64,000 nt of DNA from assembly GCA_963652365.1 (NCBI GenBank), contig CAVJTH010000001.1:62760-126759 (forward strand), given 5' to 3'. The translations under genes were made by a program, and so were the position numbers. This document shows, in pieces, positions 59,148 through 64,000 of this stretch; positions within the stretch are counted from its first letter, which is position 1, and each line of letters starts with the position of its first letter. The DNA is from Senegalimassilia sp. (GTDB lineage Bacteria > Fibrobacterota > Fibrobacteria > Fibrobacterales > Fibrobacteraceae). The notes under the pieces were generated by a model, which worked only from the letters and a program-made list of their open reading frames with translations, ran no database searches and had not been told where the DNA came from.

Positions 59148-59171
59148 TCCTTCTGGAGTAAGGCGAATAAT

Positions 59172-59540
59172 ATGATTCAAGAAGAAACAAGACTGGTCGT
59201 TGCCGACAACAGCGGTGCGAAAGAAGTCGCCTGCATCCGAGTTTTGGGTGGATCTAACCGGCGCTATGCAAGCATCGGTGACGTCATCAAGGTAGCCGTC
59301 AAGGACGCTATCCCCCAGAGCAAGGTGAAGAAAGGCTCTGTCGCTGATGCCGTCGTGGTCCGTACACGCAAGGAAATCGGTCGCAAGGACGGATCTTTCA
59401 TCCGTTTCTCCGATAACGCCGTCGTGCTCATCACGAAAGATGGCGAACCCCGTGGAACCCGTATCTTTGGACCTGTGGCCCGTGAACTTCGCGACCACAA
59501 CTTTACAAAGATTATCTCTCTCGCACCCGAGGTGCTCTAA
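59172..59540 (+). CDS. rplN: 50S ribosomal protein L14
   Basis: 122 aa. [18 protein letters not shown]. Confidence 0.97.
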   Translation: MIQEETRLVVADNSGAKEVACIRVLGGSNRRYASIGDVIKVAVKDAIPQSKVKKGSVADAVVVRTRKEIGRKDGSFIRFSDNAVVLITKDGEPRGTRIFGPVARELRDHNFTKIISLAPEVL

Positions 59541-59845
59541 TGTCTAACATCAAGAAGAACGATAACGTCAAGGTTATCTCCGGCTCTTACAAGGGTAAAA
59601 CCGGTGCTGTCCTGAGCGTTGATCCGAAAAAGGGTCGCGTGATTGTTGCTGGCGTGAACGTCCGTAAGCGCCATGAAAAGCCGAGTCAGGCCAACCAGAC
59701 CGGCGGCATCGTTGAAAAGGAACTTCCGATCGACATCTCCAACGTGATGCTTCTCGAAGGTTCCACTCCCGTCCGCACTCGTCGTACCCGCGAACCGGGC
59801 AAGAAGAGCGTTCGCGTGAGCGTCAAGTCCGGCAAGGCTCTGTGA
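59540..59845 (+). CDS. rplX: 50S ribosomal protein L24
   Basis: 101 aa. [18 protein letters not shown] (KOW). Confidence 0.95.
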   Translation: MSNIKKNDNVKVISGSYKGKTGAVLSVDPKKGRVIVAGVNVRKRHEKPSQANQTGGIVEKELPIDISNVMLLEGSTPVRTRRTREPGKKSVRVSVKSGKAL

Positions 59846-59855
59846 GGTCGAAACA

Positions 59856-60398
59856 ATGAGCACAATGAAGAAAGATGTTTACGAAAAGACCGTAGTTCCG
59901 GCTCTCCAGCAGAAGTTCGGTTACAAGAACGTGATGCAGATTCCGAGTTTGCAGAAGATCGTCATCAACATGGGCGTTGGTGAAGCGGCATCGAACCGCA
60001 AGGTTCTCGATGAAGCCGTCGATGTCCTTTCGGCGATTACCGGACAGAAGCCGGTCGTGACGAAGGCTCGCAAGGCGATTTCCAACTTCAAGCTCCGCGA
60101 AGGGCTTGGAATTGGTGCCAAGGTGACCCTCCACGGTTCCAACATGTGGGATTTTCTCTATCGATTCATCAACATCACCTTGCCGCGTGTGCGTGACTTC
60201 CGTGGCCTTCCCCGTCGTGGTTTCGATGGCAGTGGCAACTACACGCTCGGCGTCAAGGAACAGTCGATTTTCGTAGAAATCGATATCGATAAAATTTCTC
60301 AGACTTTAGGCATGGACATCTCCTTTGTCACTTCCGCCAAGACGGACGACGAAGGACGCGCTCTGCTCGAAGGTCTCGGTCTCCCCTTCAGGAAGTAA
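59856..60398 (+). CDS. rplE: 50S ribosomal protein L5
   Basis: 180 aa. [18 protein letters not shown]. Confidence 0.96.
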   Translation: MSTMKKDVYEKTVVPALQQKFGYKNVMQIPSLQKIVINMGVGEAASNRKVLDEAVDVLSAITGQKPVVTKARKAISNFKLREGLGIGAKVTLHGSNMWDFLYRFINITLPRVRDFRGLPRRGFDGSGNYTLGVKEQSIFVEIDIDKISQTLGMDISFVTSAKTDDEGRALLEGLGLPFRK

Positions 60399-60407
60399 GG
60401 TAATACC

Positions 60408-60593
60408 ATGGCAAGCAGAAGAATGATTGAAAAGTGCAAGCGCACACCGAAATACACGGTTCGTGGGTATCATCGCTGCAAGCGTTGCGGTAGGCCGCAC
60501 GCTTATATGCGTCGCTTTGGTCTGTGCCGTATTTGCTTCCGCGAAATGGCACTCGCCGGCGAAATCCCGGGCATCACCAAATCTTCCTGGTAA
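60408..60593 (+). CDS. rpsN: 30S ribosomal protein S14, type Z (zinc-binding, 61 aa)
   Basis: CxxC...CxxC pattern ([25 protein letters not shown]). Confidence 0.95.
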   Translation: MASRRMIEKCKRTPKYTVRGYHRCKRCGRPHAYMRRFGLCRICFREMALAGEIPGITKSSW

Positions 60594-60607
60594 GGAGCGT
60601 TTTACAA

Positions 60608-61000
60608 ATGGCAACAGATACAATCGCCGATATGCTCACTCGCATCCGCAACGCCGTCGCGGCGAAAGCGCCTGTGGTGGACATTCCTGCCAGCAATCAG
60701 AAGCGCGAAATCGCTCGCGTGTTGCAGGAAAAAGGTTTTATCAAGAAATTCGTCGTCGTCGATGATGGCAAGCAGGGAATCATCAAGGTTCTCCTCCGCT
60801 ACACGAACGGCGTTCCGGCTATCCAAGGCATCCAGCGCGTCAGCCGCTCGGGTCTTCGCGCCTACAGCGATGTGGCGAAGCTTCCGCGCGTCCGCAACGG
60901 TCTTGGCTACGCGATTATCTCCACTTCCAAAGGTGTGATGACCGACCACGAAGCCCGCAAGGAAAACGTCGGTGGCGAAATCATCGCAAAGGTCTGGTGA
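60608..61000 (+). CDS. rpsH: 30S ribosomal protein S8
   Basis: Uses internal ATG60608. MATDTIADMLTRIRNA. Confidence 0.96.
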   Translation: MATDTIADMLTRIRNAVAAKAPVVDIPASNQKREIARVLQEKGFIKKFVVVDDGKQGIIKVLLRYTNGVPAIQGIQRVSRSGLRAYSDVAKLPRVRNGLGYAIISTSKGVMTDHEARKENVGGEIIAKVW

Positions 61001-61007
61001 GGTAAAG

Positions 61008-61547
61008 ATGTCTCGTATCGGAAAAGCTATCATTCATATCCCCGCCGGCGTCAAGGTGACGCTCGATGGACAGAACATCTTGGTCGAAGGTCCCCTGGGA
61101 AAGCTCTCCACCAAGGTTCATGACCTGATCAAGATCAACCTGGAAGGCGACAGTCTCTCGTTCGCGCGTCCGGACGATCAGAAGTTTTCTCGCGCTATTC
61201 ACGGCACGACCCGCGCTCTCGTCGCGAACATGGTCGAAGGCGTTACCAAGGGTTTCGAAAAGAACCTGGAAATCGTCGGTGTCGGTTACCGCGTGGAACA
61301 AAAGGGCAATGACTTGAACTTGGTTCTCGGATTCTCTCACCCGGTCATCTACAAGGCGCCGGAAGGAATCACGCTGAAGGCTGTCGATCCGCTGAAAATC
61401 AGCATCAAGGGTATCGACAAGCAGAAGGTCGGCCAGGCTGCAGCCGAAATTCGCAAGTACCGCCGTCCTGAACCGTACAAGGGCAAGGGTATCAAGTACG
61501 TTGGTGAATATGTCCGCCGCAAGCAGGGCAAGAAGACAGGTAAATAA
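61008..61547 (+). CDS. rplF: 50S ribosomal protein L6
   Basis: Uses internal ATG61008. MSRIGKAIIHIPAGVKV. Confidence 0.96.
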   Translation: MSRIGKAIIHIPAGVKVTLDGQNILVEGPLGKLSTKVHDLIKINLEGDSLSFARPDDQKFSRAIHGTTRALVANMVEGVTKGFEKNLEIVGVGYRVEQKGNDLNLVLGFSHPVIYKAPEGITLKAVDPLKISIKGIDKQKVGQAAAEIRKYRRPEPYKGKGIKYVGEYVRRKQGKKTGK

Positions 61548-61556
61548 GGTAACGCT

Positions 61557-61928
61557 ATGGCTGTTATTGCAAAGAAAAGACTTGAGTCCAGAATTGCGCG
61601 TCATGCACGTGTCCGCAAGACCGTCAACGGTACCCCCGAACGTCCGCGTCTTGCTGTCCGTCGCACGCTTTCTAACATGATCGCTCAGATCATTGACGAC
61701 GTTTCTCACAAATCCTTGGTGCAGATCGCAACGTCTTCCAAGGATTTCCAGGCGAAGTTCGGTGAACTCACAAAGACCGAGCAGAGCAAGAAACTCGGAA
61801 ATCTCATCGCTGACGAAGCGAAGGCGAAAGGCATCTCTGCCGTCGTTTTCGACCGCGGCGGTTACATCTATCACGGTCGCGTTCAGGCTCTCGCTGAGGG
61901 AGCTCGTGAAGGCGGACTCCAATTCTAA
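61557..61928 (+). CDS. rplR: 50S ribosomal protein L18
   Basis: 123 aa. [20 protein letters not shown]...[24 protein letters not shown]. Confidence 0.96.
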   Translation: MAVIAKKRLESRIARHARVRKTVNGTPERPRLAVRRTLSNMIAQIIDDVSHKSLVQIATSSKDFQAKFGELTKTEQSKKLGNLIADEAKAKGISAVVFDRGGYIYHGRVQALAEGAREGGLQF

Positions 61929-61938
61929 GAGGTACACT

Positions 61939-62421
61939 TTGGAACGCGAAACTCAAGTTTCTGAATTTGAAGACAGAGTTGTGCACATCAATCGTTGCGC
62001 CAAGACCGTCAAGGGCGGTCGTCGCATGTCCTTCAGTGCACTCGTTGTCGTCGGCAACAAGAAGGGCAAGATCGGTGTGGGTCTAGGCAAGGCGAAGGAA
62101 GTTTCCGAAGCTATCCGCAAGGGAACCGAAGCTGCCCAGCGCAACCTCATCGAAGTGAATGTCCAGGATGGAACGATTCCGCATGACGTCGAAGTCAAGT
62201 ATGGCGCTACCCGCATCCGCTTGATTCCGGCCGCTCCCGGTACAGGCGTTATCGCCGGTGCCGCCGCGCGTGCCGTGCTGGAACTCGCTGGCGTCCACAA
62301 CATTCTTACCAAGATCTATGGTTCTTCCAATCCGAGCACCGTGGTCCAGGCCTGCATCGAGGGCCTCACGACTCAGAAGAACAAAAATGACTACGCTGCA
62401 TTGCGCGGTCAGAACGCCTGA
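61939..62421 (+). CDS. rpsE: 30S ribosomal protein S5
   Basis: Inferred TTG61939 start, 6 nt after SD AAGAGG, inside ORF 61693..62421. VVHINRCAKTVKGGRRMSFSALVVVGN. Confidence 0.9.
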   Translation: MERETQVSEFEDRVVHINRCAKTVKGGRRMSFSALVVVGNKKGKIGVGLGKAKEVSEAIRKGTEAAQRNLIEVNVQDGTIPHDVEVKYGATRIRLIPAAPGTGVIAGAAARAVLELAGVHNILTKIYGSSNPSTVVQACIEGLTTQKNKNDYAALRGQNA

Positions 62422-62432
62422 GGTCTAGAGAA

Positions 62433-62612
62433 ATGAAAAAAGTGAGAATTACCCAGATCAAGGGAATCATCCACACCCTGCCGAAGCACAGAGCGAACAT
62501 CCAGTCGCTCGGACTTCACGGGATTGGAACCTCTAACGAACTGACGCTGACTCCGGCAATCCAGGGCATCATCAACGTTGTCCGCCACTTGGTCAAGGTC
62601 GAGGAGATTTAA
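62433..62612 (+). CDS. rpmD: 50S ribosomal protein L30
   Basis: Not in the ORF track (59 aa). MKKVRITQIKGIIHTLPKHRANIQSLGLHGIGTSNEL... Confidence 0.9.
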   Translation: MKKVRITQIKGIIHTLPKHRANIQSLGLHGIGTSNELTLTPAIQGIINVVRHLVKVEEI

Positions 62613-62614
62613 TC

Positions 62615-63061
62615 ATGCAACTCAATAGTATCAATCCTGGCAAAAGCGCTCTTACCAAGGGTCGCAAGCGCATCGGTCGCGGTGCTGGTTCCGGCTGGGG
62701 CACGACCGGCGGTCGTGGTCAGAAGGGTGCCGGTGCCCGCAAGAGCGCCAAGGCCGGGCGTGTCGCTTTCGAAGGCGGACAGATGCCGTTGCATCGTCGC
62801 GTTCCGAAGCGCGGTTTCAAGAGCCATATCGTTCACGACACGCAGATCGTGAACCTGAAAGCTCTCGAAAAGTCCGGTGTCGTTGAATTTGACGCAAAGG
62901 TTCTTGCCGATCAGGGACTCGTCCGCAGCATCAAGAAGCCTATCAAGGTCTTGGGCTATGGCACGATTTCCAAGGCGATTACTCTCAAAGTCAACGCGAT
63001 CAGCGAAAAGGCCAAGGCGGCTGTGGAAGCTGCTGGCGGCAAAGTTGAGATCGTTAAATAA
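62615..63061 (+). CDS. rplO: 50S ribosomal protein L15
   Basis: 148 aa. GRGAGSGWGTTGGRGQKGAGARKS. Confidence 0.96.
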   Translation: MQLNSINPGKSALTKGRKRIGRGAGSGWGTTGGRGQKGAGARKSAKAGRVAFEGGQMPLHRRVPKRGFKSHIVHDTQIVNLKALEKSGVVEFDAKVLADQGLVRSIKKPIKVLGYGTISKAITLKVNAISEKAKAAVEAAGGKVEIVK

Positions 63062-64000
63062 TGGAAGCTCTGAAGAAAGCTTTTGGCGGTTTCGCCAACG
63101 CCTTCAAGGTGGAAGCCCTAAGGAAGAAGATTCTCTTCACCTTGGGGATTCTTATCGTTTATCGCATTGGATCGCATATCACCATTCCGGGTGTCGATGC
63201 GACCGTTCTCGCTGAATACTTCCGCAACAACAACAACATGTTCGGATTGTATGATTCCTTTACGGGTGGCGCTTTTGCCAAGGCGACGGTGTTCGCCTTG
63301 GGCATTATGCCCTATATCAGCGCGAGCATCATCATCCAGCTGATGGGTTCTGTGATTCCGGCGATTCAGATGCTTCAGAAAGAAGGCCAGGAAGGACGCG
63401 CCAAGCTAAACCAGTACACGCGCTACTTCACGGTTCTCCTCGGCGCCTTGCAGGGCTGGGGAGTCGCTGTCTGGCTTTCTAGCCTAAAAGTTTCCACCGC
63501 GACCGGTACAGGCATATCTGTGCTGACGGACGGTTTCCAGTCCGGGCTAGGGAATGTCGGTTTCCGGTTACTTGCTACGCTTACCTTCACCACGGGAACG
63601 ATCTTTGTCATGTATCTCGGCGAGAGAATCACGGCGAAGGGTGTGGGTAACGGAATCTCCCTGATAATCTTTGCCGGTATCGTCGGCGAATTACCGAGGG
63701 CTTTCTTCCGCGAATTCGAAATGTTCCGCGAAGAGATCCAACCGCTCGCTATCGAGATTTTCATCTTGGCGATTGTCGTTGCGATCGTTGCGTTCATCGT
63801 GTTCGTCGAGCAGGCCGTTCGGCGCATTCCGCTGCAGAGTCCGCGCAGGGTGGTCGGGCGCAAGGTCATGGGCGGTCAGGCCAGCTATTTGCCGTTCAAG
63901 GTGAATACCGCAGGCGTGATTCCCGTCATTTTTGCCTCTTCCATCATGTTCGTACCCGCGATTATCGCTTCGTGGATGCCTAGTGTCAGCTGGGCGCAGG
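63061..64000 (+). CDS. secY: preprotein translocase subunit SecY (3' end outside the window)
   Basis: Not in the ORF track because the frame stays open to the window end. TAATG overlap with rplO. MEALKKAFGGFANAF...ILFTLGILIVYRIGSHITIPGVD...GIMPYISASIIIQL. Confidence 0.93.
   Translation, partial: MEALKKAFGGFANAFKVEALRKKILFTLGILIVYRIGSHITIPGVDATVLAEYFRNNNNMFGLYDSFTGGAFAKATVFALGIMPYISASIIIQLMGSVIPAIQMLQKEGQEGRAKLNQYTRYFTVLLGALQGWGVAVWLSSLKVSTATGTGISVLTDGFQSGLGNVGFRLLATLTFTTGTIFVMYLGERITAKGVGNGISLIIFAGIVGELPRAFFREFEMFREEIQPLAIEIFILAIVVAIVAFIVFVEQAVRRIPLQSPRRVVGRKVMGGQASYLPFKVNTAGVIPVIFASSIMFVPAIIASWMPSVSWAQ

Overview
All calls come from reading the sequence and ORF track by eye and from remembered family motifs. 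No database search was run. Internal start codons were re-derived by hand.

The window looks like a chromosomal segment of a Fibrobacterota/FCB-group bacterium. This is inferred from a 'Fibrobacter succinogenes major paralogous domain' lipoprotein, two GH45 cellulase lipoproteins, and TTGnnn-17-TAnnTTTG promoter boxes.

Layout:
- 1-2.5 kb: the rpmH-rnpA-yidD-yidC cluster.
- 2.7-23.5 kb: mixed housekeeping and accessory genes. They include a TolC-HlyD-ABC2-permease efflux operon with no ATPase gene, tandem GH45 genes, a GroES paralog operon, a RavA-like ATPase with degenerate Walker motifs, hemH plus an Omp85-like gene, and a LOG / Ser-Thr kinase / membrane protein / orphan nuoA operon. A ~170-220 bp repeat sits immediately 3' of the two outermost genes, in inverted orientation.
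- 24.4-39.1 kb: tRNA-Thr/Tyr/Thr, tuf, rpmG, tRNA-Trp, secE, nusG, rplKAJL, rpoBC, rpsL and rpsG.
- 39.1-53.0 kb: a ~14 kb mosaic wedge where fusA would normally lie. It holds a truncated lipoprotein gene, a PIN toxin-antitoxin pair, an ATPase remnant, eno, an Opp-type ABC importer, a divergent EF-G-like GTPase, an AT-rich islet and an Rpn/PD-(D/E)XK nuclease gene.
- 53.1-64.0 kb: a second, base-identical tuf copy fused to the S10/spc ribosomal operons, running into secY.

Most notable observations:
- the split str/S10 superoperon with a non-canonical EF-G paralog;
- the two identical, compositionally aberrant GC-rich tuf copies;
- the stop-codon-adjacent repeat family;
- the LOG-kinase-membrane-NuoA operon.

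No CRISPR array, rRNA gene, integrase or recognisable prophage was seen.
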